A DNA stretch of 64,000 bases from assembly GCA_030341885.1 (NCBI GenBank), contig CASHTH010004028.1:18733-82732 (forward strand), written 5' to 3'. Made by a program: the position numbers and the translations under genes. Positions 46,901 through 58,479 of the stretch are shown here, piece by piece. Below the pieces are notes generated by a model. The model saw only the letters and a program-made list of their open reading frames with translations. It had not been told where the DNA came from and searched no databases. The stretch comes from Geodia barretti. Lineage: Eukaryota. Numbering within the stretch: the first letter of the stretch is position 1; the number at the start of each line of letters is the position of its first letter.

Positions 46901-49251
46901 GCTGAATGTATAGGCATGCTTGTGTGGTGTAGGTTGCCCTGCACATGAGAGCCACGCGGACCTTCACCGACCGCAATGGAGTCACCCACAGGAACGGAGA
47001 GGAATGGCTCATCAAGATGGAGGACACTGAGGCACACATTCCTGATGTCTACGAAGAGGTGGCTACTTCTCTCTCTTCTTTCTTCTTTCATCCCCTTTGT
47101 CACCATTCTTATGTGCCCTCCTCCCAACCATGTTACACTGTACCCTCCTCCCCACCATGTTACACTGTACCCTCCTCCCCACCATGTTACACTGTACCCT
47201 CCTCCCAACCATGTTACACTGTACCCTCCTCCCCATACAGGTAGTAGGTGTGACCAACATCACCACACTGACCAACCGGCAGTATTGCGTCATCCTGGAC
47301 CCTGTAGGCAGCGACGGGAAACCCCAGCTGGGCCAGAGGAAGCTGGTGAAGGGAGAGAAGTCGTTCTTCCTGGAGCCCGGCGAGAGACTGGAGAAGGGAA
47401 TTCAGAATGTCTATGTTCTAGGGGAGGATGAGGGGCTCATTATGAAGGCCATTGAGGAGCATACCGACCCTGACACTGTGAGCTAGGCACAGAGGGAACA
47501 ATAGTTAATTGCCTGCATTCCAGGCACATGCTCCACTTCCTGCACCAAGCGAGTCCACCTACTCATCTCAATTGCGCAGTTTTCTATAACTATTGGTGCC
47601 CTCAATGCTTTACATATTTGTAAATCCACGAAATTTCGCACTCCTGTTTTCTCTCAGAAGTGGGTTGCTATATTGCTAACAGCTGCAATTCGAGCCATGC
47701 TTTGCATTCATAATCAGCCCTGCCAGGCCCTGGCTCTGCACAGTTATATCTCCCTTCTCTTCCTCTCTCATTGGATAAACTATTATCTCTCTCTCCTTCT
47801 TTCCAGGGAGCGTCTCGCCAGCCGGGCGATCGCTGGATGATCAGAGGGCCCCAGGAGTACGTCCCCTCGGTAGAGGTTGAGGTGGTCACCAAGCAAAAGG
47901 CCATTCCTCTCGACGAAAACGAAGGAATATACGCCAGGGACATCAAGACTGGAAAGGTACATCAAACTTTTGTGAGATGTGAAGTTTTGGAACGACATCA
48001 TTACCCTCGGAAGTAATCAAGTAGAGGCAGGCCAAGTGTATAACTATCCTTTATCAGAGGGTCCTTTTCAGAGGTTTCACTGTCGTACATGTTCTGTATA
48101 CTACATGTGCCTGAAGTGGGGAGTTTGTTACTCAATATGGTAAGACAGACAGACACAAGCAAATCTTAACTATTTGTGAGGCTCTGGGTGCAAGTTGCTA
48201 AAGTCACTCATTCTCTACGTGACAGGTGAGGTCTGTGTGTGGTTCGACGTACATGCTGACCCAGGACGAGGAACTGTGGGAGAAGCATCTTCCACCGGCC
48301 GTTGAAGATCTCCTCTCTCAGGCCAAAGACCCCCTCGCTGACCGCTCCGATAGATGTGAGCGAGAGGGAGGGGGAAGGGAGGGAGAAGAAACCTTTGACT
48401 GACAGTTTGAAACCCTTTTCAAAGGGCACTCCTGAAATGAGGACAACTCTCCAATAAGGGGGACACCTTTTTCCCAAAGAACAGTTAATTTTTTGCATGA
48501 ATTTCTGAATAAGGGCCCCTCTCTAATAATGAATACTTTGGTGTCCAGATACGAAGGGCTGCACTGTTGACGTACACGGCTAACTGTAACCACTAGCAAC
48601 CTTAGTTCCTTACTCTACCACTTGACTGTCCCCACAACACAGCTCGGGCAGTAGTCTCTACAAAGAGAGACAAAACGAGGGTCATCACCTTCCGAGTCCC
48701 GCACAACGCCGCCGTGCAGATCTACGACTACAAACAGAAGACGGCACGTGTCATGTTCGGGCCCGACCTCGTCATGCTGGAGCCGGACGAGCAGTTCACT
48801 CAGCTGTCTCTCTCCGGCGGGAAACCCAAGAGGCCCAATGTCATCAAGGCCCTCTGCCTCCTCTTGGGGCCCGACTTCTGTACCGACATCATCACCATTG
48901 AGACCTCGGACCACGCCAGACTCTCTCTGCAACTGTCCTACAACTGGTGAGTGGAGGGAGATACCGCTTTGAATCCAACTATGTGTGCTTGGCTATGTCC
49001 ATACACTCGACCTCAGCACAACATGGCCCTAGAATTAATAACCATAGCTCTAGAGCGTTAGAGCATTGCTTTTCACTTTTCATTTCCAGGCATTTTGAGG
49101 TGGCAGACAAGGGGAGCGAGAAGGAGGCGTCCAAGATTTTCTCGGTGCCAGACTTTGTCGGTGACGCCTGCAAAGCCATTGCCTCTAGGATCAGAGGAGC
49201 TGTGGCTGGGGTCCAGTTTGACGACTTTCACAAGGTATAATATAGGAAGTG

Positions 49252-49291
<40 letters not shown>

Positions 49292-51330
49292 TCAATAATA
49301 AGGCATGACCTGGTGTGCCTTATGGATAGGTGTCCTTAATTGGAAGAGTCCTTTTTCGGAGGTTTGACTCATGAATAAGTCTGTATATATATATATCTGC
49401 TGGCTAACTCTCTAATTCTCTCTCCTCCTACCCTCCGCACAGAACTCGGCAAAGATCATTCGTGCCTCTGTTTTTGGTATAGACGATAAGGGAAAGGTCC
49501 GCGATCGCTTCGCCTTCCCTGCCAACTGCCTCGTGATAACCAGCATCGACATCCAGTCGGCAGAGCCAGTCGATCAGAGGACTAGGGATGCTCTGCAGAA
49601 GTCAGTGCAATTGGCCATTGAGATCACAACCAACTCCCAGGAGGCCACTGCCAGGTGTGCGCGGCGCGCGTGTGTGTGTGTGTGTGTGTGTGTGTATTCA
49701 AAAGTTTGTTCAAAGTATACAGTTGTGTATGTGTGTATGTACTGTATTACGTCCAACCGTCACACAATTTACGAATAATAAGTGCACACTACCTATGTAC
49801 GTGTAAACTACCAGTCTTTGAATTCTGAAAAAACACGTGTAAGAACAAAACCTAGGGAAAAGAAAACCCATCTTCATCCTTGGAACACAAAAACTGACAC
49901 CCACTACAATAGAGAAGGAAAGAGAGATGTGTAGCTACACATGTAGATGATACTATGGAGGGAGAGAGACTGTAGCTATACATGTGAATAATATGCTACT
50001 CCATACATTCCAGACACGAGGCAGAGAGGCTGGAGCAGAAGGCCAAGGGAGCTCTGGAGCGACAGAAGATCACGGACGAGGCTGAGGCAGAAAGAGCACG
50101 CAAGGAGCTCCTGGAGCTGCAGGCCAACAGTGCGGCAGTTGAGTCGACGGGACAGGCCAAGGCTGAGGCCCAGTCACGAGCAGAGGCTGCCAAGATCGAG
50201 GGACAGGCTGCAGTAGAACAGGCCAAACTGAAGGCCCAAGCCAGCAAGATTGAGGCGGTAGGTACAGTGAAACCTCGGAATCAGTTCCAACTTAGAGACG
50301 TTGAAATTTGCATGGGCTATATCAGTATTATGATAAGAGTTTAGGCTGGGTATGTTGCATCGCCCCATCGCACTGTGCTGCATCACGTTGTGCTGCGGAG
50401 ATTAGAAACTATCCTCTCGGTGCAGCAAAGCTGCAAGGCGCGACAGGGCAATGCGATGTGTATTGTGACCCCAGCCTTATTCGTGCGACTACTACCACTA
50501 ATTGTTGTATAATATTACTCTCACAGGAATCAGAGCTGGAGAGGTTGTCGGGTGCGCGGGAGGCAGAGACAAAGTTTGTAAGGGAGCAGAACGACCTCGA
50601 GATTGCCAAGGCCAGGGACATGGCGACCATCGAGACACATAAATTCAAGGACATGGTCGATGCCATTGGCTCGCAGACCATTCAGGCTATTGCCACTGCC
50701 GGCCCTGAGATGCAGGTATTTAACAGTACACGAGTATACATACACCTCAACCTTCCTCTACAACTACCCTACTTCACTCTTGCCTGACGTACGTACATAC
50801 AATAGCTATTGAGAACTGTTGTACATTGTCCGCCTGATCACACGGAAAACTATACTTACCCACGAATGTGCTGATCATGTGGTGGTCTATTTAGCCCAGA
50901 TAGTTAGACGTAGCACCATGTACAAAGGTCCAAAGTGTATAAAGATCATTATGCTCAGTGAAAATGTTAGTGATTTAGCAACCAACTACTGAGTAAGGGT
51001 CCAAAATGTATGTGAGGGGGCATGGGAAAAGGGACCTATATGGCTGGAATGTGAAAATTAAGTTTTTGTGGTTAACATTTTCACATTCCAGCCATATAGG
51101 TCCCTTTTCCCATGCCCCCTCACATTATGTATACTTTCGCGCAATATCTTCGGGAAGCTGTGTTTTCACTCAGGGTTGCCGTTCTTTCACAGGTGAAGCT
51201 GCTAAAGAGTCTGGGGCTCAAGTCCACTCTGATAACAGACGGATCAAGTCCCATTAACCTCTTCAACACCGCCCACGGGCTTATCGGAGCTCTCGAGGCC
51301 CCGCCCCCTGCCAATCCTTCCACCTCCTGA
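43921..51330 (+). CDS. MVP: Major vault protein, 15 exons; exons 1-2 lie inside the palindrome arm and exons 3-15 in unique sequence; exon 2 of this copy contains a stop codon and multiple indels; exon 3 lacks one C
   Basis: Exons 43921-44061, 44937-45053, 45502-45705, 46226-46329, 46533-46655, 46933-47058, 47241-47477, 47807-47956, 48226-48355, 48643-48946, 49090-49234, 49443-49654, 50014-50257, 50527-50715, 51193-51330. Collinear with vertebrate MVP from [16 protein letters not shown] through the vault repeats (TGEEWLV.., [119 protein letters not shown]), the coiled-coil cap helix, and the C-terminal [27 protein letters not shown]. Confidence 0.88.
47117..47232. repeat. 29-bp minisatellite, 4 copies (ccatgttacactgtaccctcctccc[c/a]a[c/a]), in MVP intron 6
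   Basis: Direct reading. It generates the repeated [11 protein letters not shown] artefacts. Confidence 0.9.
49253..49289. repeat. (GT)n microsatellite in MVP intron 11; a second (GT)n lies at 49671-49696 in intron 12
   Basis: Direct reading. Confidence 0.95.
51011..51124. repeat. Perfect 48-bp-stem, 18-nt-loop hairpin inverted repeat in MVP intron 14 (MITE-like or foldback element, or hairpin RNA precursor)
   Basis: Left arm 51011-51058 is tgtgagggggcatgggaaaagggacctatatggctggaatgtgaaaat. The exact reverse complement lies at 51077-51124. The loop is 51059-51076. Confidence 0.8.
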
Positions 51331-51569
51331 GTTCCTACATGGCTATAATACACAGATAGCTTAGCTGCAGTCTGGTGGACAGTGGGAACAATAGTAGCAG
51401 ATTTTAGACTTACTTAGTTTTTTGAACTCTTGTGAATTTTTCTTACACGTTGTATGCCACCGTGTGTACTACTGTGTGGGAAAATTTTGATTTGATATCT
51501 GCAGCAATAGTGCAAAAACGGATAAAAAATTCTGAGTTGAAATCAAGTTGAGGCTCCAATGAGGATAAA

Positions 51570-52283
51570 TCAAACTGTTTGACATCGAAAGTTCTTCTCC
51601 GCCATCTGTGCTAGTGTTCTGTTCTCTTCCATCTTCCGCGCTATTTTTCTGGTTCGCGTGGCCAGCTGAGGTCTCCCGTACCTGTAAATGTCATTCATCG
51701 AGCAACGTTTCCTGACACCAGCATGTATGGCTCCGTCCATTGCTCTAGGTGCGTAGTCTATGGCCCGAGTATTATTTTCAGACAGTCCCACTATTACTTG
51801 AATGGGTCGACAGACTAGCCTTGTGTACCCCATTATTAATCTAACACACATCCTGACAATATAACCATGGATCATTATAAGCACTGGCACGGAGAGCAAT
51901 ATAGATGGAGGCTCTCATATATCTGTGGTGGAACTTACCCCCCAGTCCATGTTGCCACTCTTCACACAGAGGGCTTTGACTCTAGTGAGAGCTCCCTCTC
52001 CTCCACTGAGAATATTTGAGGAACGATGTCTGAAATCAGCCGGCCACACTTCCCCGCCGTCGCTCCCGACGCGGACCGTAGTGGGTTCACTGTCGAGAGA
52101 AGAGGAGGTCTTCAGAATGGGGAGTTTCGGTGTTTGATCGCGATGGGGTACGGCTACTGGGTGTGTCGTGGGTGCAGAGTGCATGTGGGTGAGGACAGGA
52201 TGTGCGAGGGACGGCTTTGTGAATCTGAGGTCTGCCTTTCTCGCTCTCGGCTTCTCTGGTTGGTCCGTTTCCGGAGCATCCAA
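51570..52283 (-). other. Two adjacent minus-strand ORFs (51915-52283 and 51570-51899) of unknown identity, possibly a terminal exon or a transposon-derived fragment
   Basis: ORF track only. The region is GC-rich. The proteins (MDAPETDQPEKPRARK.. and ..IDYAPRAMDGAIHAGVRKRCSMNDIYRYGRPQ..) were not recognised. Confidence 0.2.
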
Positions 52284-53369
52284 CCGGTCTGCTATACACA
52301 GATGTAACAGTCAACATAATATAATTATAATAATTTATATATACTACTATTGCTCATGTATATAATATATATATATATATTGCTTATTACATTTCCTTAT
52401 GGAAATACACAGAAAAAACATACTATAAAAACTACTTCAGATGCTACACAGATGTCCTTGGCAGCATAATGCACGGATAAACCATATTGTTAGAAAGGAA
52501 GCTCGATAGTATATCACACGCCTCATGGGTAAAGATTACTATTCCTCAGGAGTTTACTAGTTACCTCGTGAAAAGTGAAACCTACCGCTGTGTGTGTTGT
52601 ACCACTTCTGGTCGTGAGCAAGAGCAACTGAAGACAGGAAGCCAAGGCAGTCTTCACTGTCCAAGTCACTCTCTCCTATTATCATACAGAAACAAACTTT
52701 AAGAAACAAACAACTATGAGAGGTTGTTTATCAGCAGCAAAGGTAAGACTTTCCCCGACAGGTTTTGCTTACCTTCTGCTTCAAAACTGTAGCTACTGTC
52801 CAGCCTGGTACTGTTGTGTGTGTGTGTATAAATATTGTGTAATGAAAACGAAAGGGTTGCAATAAAGCTGCTAACGTTTCTATTTGTATGTCTCGGAGAC
52901 GGGGAACAAAGAAGATCAGTACAGAAGTCCTGCCAACATCTCCAACTTCCTTTCCCTTTACACCTGCCAGCAATGCCTACACAAAAGGGGGAAATAGTTA
53001 TTTCTACAGGCACCTGAGACACTTTTAAACTTCATTGCACTGTGTCAGATCACACACTTAATAACATACTTACACCAGTGCTTGTGAAATAATAGCCGAT
53101 GGTAAAAAGGACTGGATTGTGGTTGGACCTACTGTATCGTGTGAAGTCTCACTTTGCAAAATGAATCGACCAACTTGTATCGATGGTACAGTGACTCAGT
53201 AGAGCTGAGTTGACCCAACACTGCCAGAAGATGATCCGATACTATTACATAAAGCAGAGAGCAAAGTGAAAAATATTAATTTGCTTATTGTAAACGTACA
53301 TGGAAGTTCCGGAGTTCTTGTTTTTTGTACCCCTAATTCCCTTAATCTTGCCTATACATTGTAGAGAAC

Positions 53370-54780
53370 AACAAAAACACATTAGTAGTCAAAATCTGTT
53401 CTTCGACTCTTTGCTGTACACACCTGCAGTGTGAAGAAATCGAGGTAATTTCGGTAGATTTCAAAGCTACTTCCATTTGACCAACTGACATGAACGGCAA
53501 AATCCTGTAAATGGAGGAAAGTAATCGATATCCTGCACAAAATACACTCCTTACGTTCATGTTTTGTTGTTCCCTAAAGCCAACCACACCGGCTCCTGTC
53601 AGATCATGCTCTCCGATGTTTGGAGAGCTGTTTAACAACAACAACAACAATAAAATTATCTTGAGTGGGACATTCAGAGTTTACTCAACGGGATCACCCA
53701 CCAACCATCAACAGTATGTCCAAAAACAGAAATTGGCCATTGGAGCCAATATTACCCCGCTTAAATAAGAGTTATGTACACTTATCACAAACTTATAAGG
53801 CAACCCCATTCTGAGGGCTTAATAAGCATTGCACTCTCCAGCTATAGGGAATGCATTCAGAATCATTGCTTGGCCTGTCCTTCCTCCTATGTCCTTAGGC
53901 TGTCAATTGTTAAGGTGAGAAGGAGATGTTAGTTGTGCAGCTTTTAAACTACCTGGAGGTAGGTATTGAGGTGTTACTGCTGGAGATAGTGTACTGTCGA
54001 AGTCTGCCCAACAGCTTATTGTGCTCCAGTAGTACATCTGCTAAGTCACTTGTAGTGAATAACTGAGGTTTCAGAATACTCCCTTCATTATGAGCTTCAT
54101 CATTCCCCACTTCTCTCCCAGCTTCATTCTCCCCATTCAGGAGACCTGCTGCTTCCTCTGTGAATCCTTCAGAGGCATTCGGTAGATGATGGCTCTATTG
54201 AGGGGAGGGATGAGGGAAATACAGTCACACTCACAAGCTCTCTGTGTGTCACATGCTGCAAGGTGGTTAATCGTTGCTGATGTAATACACAACACAATAC
54301 ACTGCCAGATTAGTAACTTACTACACAGTCGACTAGACTCTATAGTACGAGCTAGACTATAGTAGCTACCATGCCAAAGTGAAAATAACAAGAAAATAAC
54401 TTGCATAGAATTGCGTAGGGTAAGCTCACTGTTGCTTTGCTGTGGGTGAGGGAAATGTCGGGGACTGTCTTGAGCTTTGGAAACGCAGCACCAACTTCCG
54501 TGACAGCTCTGAAAACCTGTCGGATTATAGATCTCACATTACAATACAGAGTTGCACGAATACTGCGCACCTTCTCTTGTTCTTTATTCCTGAGAAAGAC
54601 GAATGAACCTCTAAAAGCACCTCGCAAACGTTCGTTTTCGGCCTTCAGCGCCTAGACGGCCGACGGTAAACATCGTGTATAGCTAGCTAGAAATTCCGTT
54701 AGCTTGCTACATACTTGTGCGTAGTCCAGAAGCGTCCGCACATCGCTTCTCAGGTCTTTCAACTGCTGCGCCACAGACAT
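53370..54780 (-). CDS. Uncharacterised multi-exon gene on the minus strand; exon 1 is 54715-54780 (MSVAQQLKDLRSDVRTLLDYAQ), an exon at about 53952-54196 and one at about 53370-53510 with a PX-domain-like motif (SFEIYRNYLDFFTLQ); 3' extent unknown
   Basis: ATG with a downstream GTATGT donor, and AG/GT-bounded ORF segments. Exon phases could not be fully reconciled. Confidence 0.3.
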
Positions 54781-55002
54781 ACTGATCAGGATTTTCCTGC
54801 CCAATCGCACAAGGAGAATTAGTCACCGGCTCTCGATTGACCGTCATCGATCCGGGCCGTCGCCAATTCCGCATACGCATGCGCAGCTGGGCGGGGCTCA
54901 ATCTAAGGGTGTAGCTGAGTGCAACACACGGGGACACAGGATTTGCTGTGCTGATTTCGAGAGCTGGCCGCCGCTACAGCTGGGATATCGTGGCTCCGAA
55001 GG
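54781..55002. promoter_or_regulatory. Bidirectional promoter between the minus-strand unknown gene and NUDT9; NRF-1-like CGCATGCGCA at 54876-54885, a CCAAT-like box and a GC box
   Basis: Divergent ATGs at 54780 and 55003. The sequence ccgcatacgcatgcgcagctgggcgggg is present. Confidence 0.45.
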
Positions 55003-56960
55003 ATGGCGACTACTTTCACCACTCACAGGCAGCCCCTGGAGTACCTGGGCGGCGTCCGGCGGTTCCCCGTGCCGGAAGACAAGACCCCCTGGTCCGTGGA
55101 CTACCCCGGATACCACCCCGTGGACTACACGGCACCTCGCGTCCTCTCCCGTCCCGTTTGGGCAGACCCCGACATCAGGTCTCTAATGAGGCATAGCAGT
55201 CAATCATTTTTGTTACAATTAGGAGCAAAACAACCACATCCCACATTTGTTTTTCCTCAAAATCTGTTGTATTCACACAAGCTCTGTGTATATTTGCAGG
55301 AAGGAGGAGGAGCCGGAAAAACCGCTGCAGTTCAACTCATTGGACGGTAAAGTGGACAGAAAGAGTCACATGGGCACCTACCAGATAATGGACAAAGTTC
55401 CCAGGTATCACTACTACCACTTCATTTTGAGCCCAGGGGGCAAAATTTATGGGGGGAAATTGGCCCCTTGCCCCCCCCCCCCCACACCTCTCTAGAAGAA
55501 CTGTTCCCTACCTCTCTTCTCCCTCCCTCTCTGTCCCGTTGTGCCTGCAGGAACCCAGTGGGTCGGACAGGGATGATCGGGAGGGGTCTGCTCGGGAGGT
55601 GGGGACCCAATCATGCAGCTGACCCTGTCGTCACCAGGTGAGTTCACAAAAGATTTTAATACAACAAACTATTATCCAGGTGCATACACATGCAAGAATG
55701 AATAAAGCACAATCCTGTTTAGGAACTCACTTGGAAAGGAAATTTGAATAAAAACACTATACAGTAGTTGTTGGCCTGTTTACAGTGTCACTCTCTGTGC
55801 AGGTGGAAGAGAGATGGGAGTGGAGCTAGAGTGGAGAGAGAGGGAAAGCCAGTGTTGGAGTTTGTGGCTGTCAGAAGAGGAGACACTGGAGCCTGGGCCA
55901 TCCCTGGAGTAAGTTACACTACCACAAAATGATAGAGAAGGAGAGCTGTGTGTGAATTAGGGGCCCACAGCAAGTCAAGTGGGCTTTTGCATTGTTTTAT
56001 AGCGTTACATTTTGTAGTAAATTCGAATCTTTTCACTGCTGTATTTTCTTCGAATTTTGGGCCTAAATGTGTATCAGTTGATTTACCTTACAGTCTGAGC
56101 CCCTCCCTCCAGGGTATGGTGGAGGCAGGAGACACGGTGTCGGCCACACTCAAGAAGGAGTTTGGAGAAGAAGCGCTCAACTCCCTCGAGGCCACGGACG
56201 AGGAGAAGAGAAAGATTGAAGAGCACATCAACCACCTCTTCAAGTCTGGAGACAAGGCATGAATATATTACCTCAAGATGCCAGTTTGAGTGTATTAAGT
56301 CTGTGAATACGCTATTTTACTATTAAATTTTGCCTCCCCAATGTACGTAGTTGTATGCAGGGTATGTAGATGATCCTCGGAACACAGACAATGCCTGGAT
56401 GGAGACAGTTGTCTTTAACTTTCATGACGACTCAGGTCAGATATATATTATATCTACACAAACCAGTCATTACTGCACCCACTGCTGTTTACACAAGACG
56501 TGATTGATATTTGGGGACAGATTAATAAACATGCCCCATATCTCTGTTTTTGCTGATAAGCATGTAAGCTACAGTTTGATTATGTTCACATGCTGATAGT
56601 GCTATATACATATATATACTTTACTTAGCAATAGCAATCATTAAGGGAACGAAGGTCAATTTTTGTTCTGAGTTGTAACTCAATGCCGTCACTGATAATG
56701 CCTGAGTTCAATGACGACAGACAATCTCTCTCCCTGGCCTTTGTATATATGTAATGTACATTGGGGACTTATTGTGAGGTGTGGAAACACACACTACATA
56801 TGATGATGATGTAGGTGAGGGTTTCAGTAAGCTGAATCTGGTTGCCGGGGACGACGCGGCTGCCGTGGCGTGGACGGAGGTCCACTCTGGTCTCGGTCTC
56901 TACGCCAGCCACTCCCACTTCGTCCGCCTCGCTGTGGAGCACCGGAAAGCCGCCTGGTAG
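55003..56960 (+). CDS. NUDT9: ADP-ribose pyrophosphatase, mitochondrial-type Nudix hydrolase, 7 exons
   Basis: Exons 55003-55178, 55300-55404, 55551-55637, 55803-55908, 56113-56256, 56351-56435, 56815-56960. Conserved NUDT9 blocks: [115 protein letters not shown]. Intron 5 appears to begin with GC (AAG|gcatga). Confidence 0.8.
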
Positions 56961-57249
56961 CACAGTGGGACACTAGACTTGGCCTATTTGTAAACTACAC
57001 CCTAGTGGCATGCAAAGCAAGCCTATATACCTAGTTTTTCCTTTTTTATAAACGGCTGTACCTGGATAGTGCCGTGTGACCTGTTCTCTTATTTGGCAAA
57101 AGTGATCTGAATTTATTTTTGGAAGGGATACTTAACTACTACGAGCAGGTGGAATTAACTTCGCATGGAAAGCAGCATCACGTGAAATGCGAGAGGTCAA
57201 GTGGGCATCAAATTGGCGTTGAACCTCACGATATGTATACATGCAGAGG

Positions 57250-58315
57250 GCTGGTTATCATACTGACAATATGTACCTTTCCACCAGTAGCCACCAGTAC
57301 CACGATGGATGGCATGAGTATACTGACAATATGTACACTTTCCACCAGTAGCCACCAGTACCATGATGGATGGCATGGGTATACTGACAATATGTACCTT
57401 TCCACCAGTAGCCACCAGTACATGATGGATGGCATGAGTATACTGACAATATGTACCTTTCCACCAGTAGCCACCAGTAGCCATGATGGATGGCATGGTT
57501 ATACTGACAATATGTACTTCTCCACAGTAGCCACCAGTACCATGATGGATGGCATGGGTATTACTGACAATATGTACCTTTCCACCAGTAGCCACCAGTA
57601 CCATGATGGATGGCATGAGTATAATGACAATATGTACCTTCCACCAGTAGCCACCACTACCATGTGGATTGGCATGGGTATACTGACAATATGTACCTTT
57701 CCACCAGTAGCCAACAAGTACCATGAGTGATGGCATGAGTATACTGACAATATGTACTTTCAACCAGTTAGCCACCAGTACCATGATGGATGGCACTGCG
57801 TGTATACTGACAATATGTACTGTCCACCAGTAGCCACCACAGTAGCCATGATGGATGGCATGGGTCTATACTGACAATATGTACCTTTCCACCAGTAGCA
57901 CAGTAGCCATGATGGATGGCATGGGTTATTTTTGTTTATAGCTGACCATATGCTACCTTTCACCACAGTAGCCACAGTAGCCATGATGGATGGCATGGGT
58001 TATACTGACACGATGTACCTTTCCACCAGTAGCACACCAGTACCATGATCGGATGGCATGAGTCTACTGACAATATGTACCTTCCACCAGTAGCCACCAG
58101 TACCATGATGGATGGCATGGGTATACTGACAATATGTCACCCTTTCACCAGTATGCACCAGTACCATGATGGATGGCATGAGTATACTGACCATATGTAC
58201 CTTTCACAGTTAGCACCAGTACCATGATGGATGGGCATGGGGTTCTACTGACATATGTACACTTCCACCGTTAGCCACCAGTACCATGATGGATGGCATG
58301 AGTATACTGCACAAA
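57250..58315. repeat. Tandem satellite, unit of about 61 bp (ccaccagtagccaccagtaccatgatggatggcatgagtatactgacaatatgtacctttc), about 18 degenerate copies
   Basis: The landmark tactgacaatatgtacc recurs every 60-63 bp. ORFs 57119-57730(+) and 57197-57796(-) are repeat artefacts. Confidence 0.9.
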
Positions 58316-58479
58316 ACATGGACCTTAAGGGTGTGTTTATAATTTTAAAAAATGTTCCTGGTCGTGCTTTAGTCCCTTTTGATCCCTATCAACAATAATT
58401 ACCCATTTCACACCGTATCCATCTGGAGAGAAAGATTCGTAAGATCATCACCAATACACACAACGTCGCAGTTGTGGTA

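Noticed and set aside
46976-47486. ORFs with repeated HVTLYPPP or MLHCTLLPT as coding sequence
   Set aside because: They are generated by the 29-bp minisatellite in MVP intron 6. The real MVP exons flank it.
57119-58227. Long ORFs 57119-57730(+), 57197-57796(-) and neighbours as protein-coding genes
   Set aside because: They lie entirely within the 61-bp satellite, and their proteins are periodic (..YHDGWHGYTDNMY..). They are translation artefacts of the tandem repeat.
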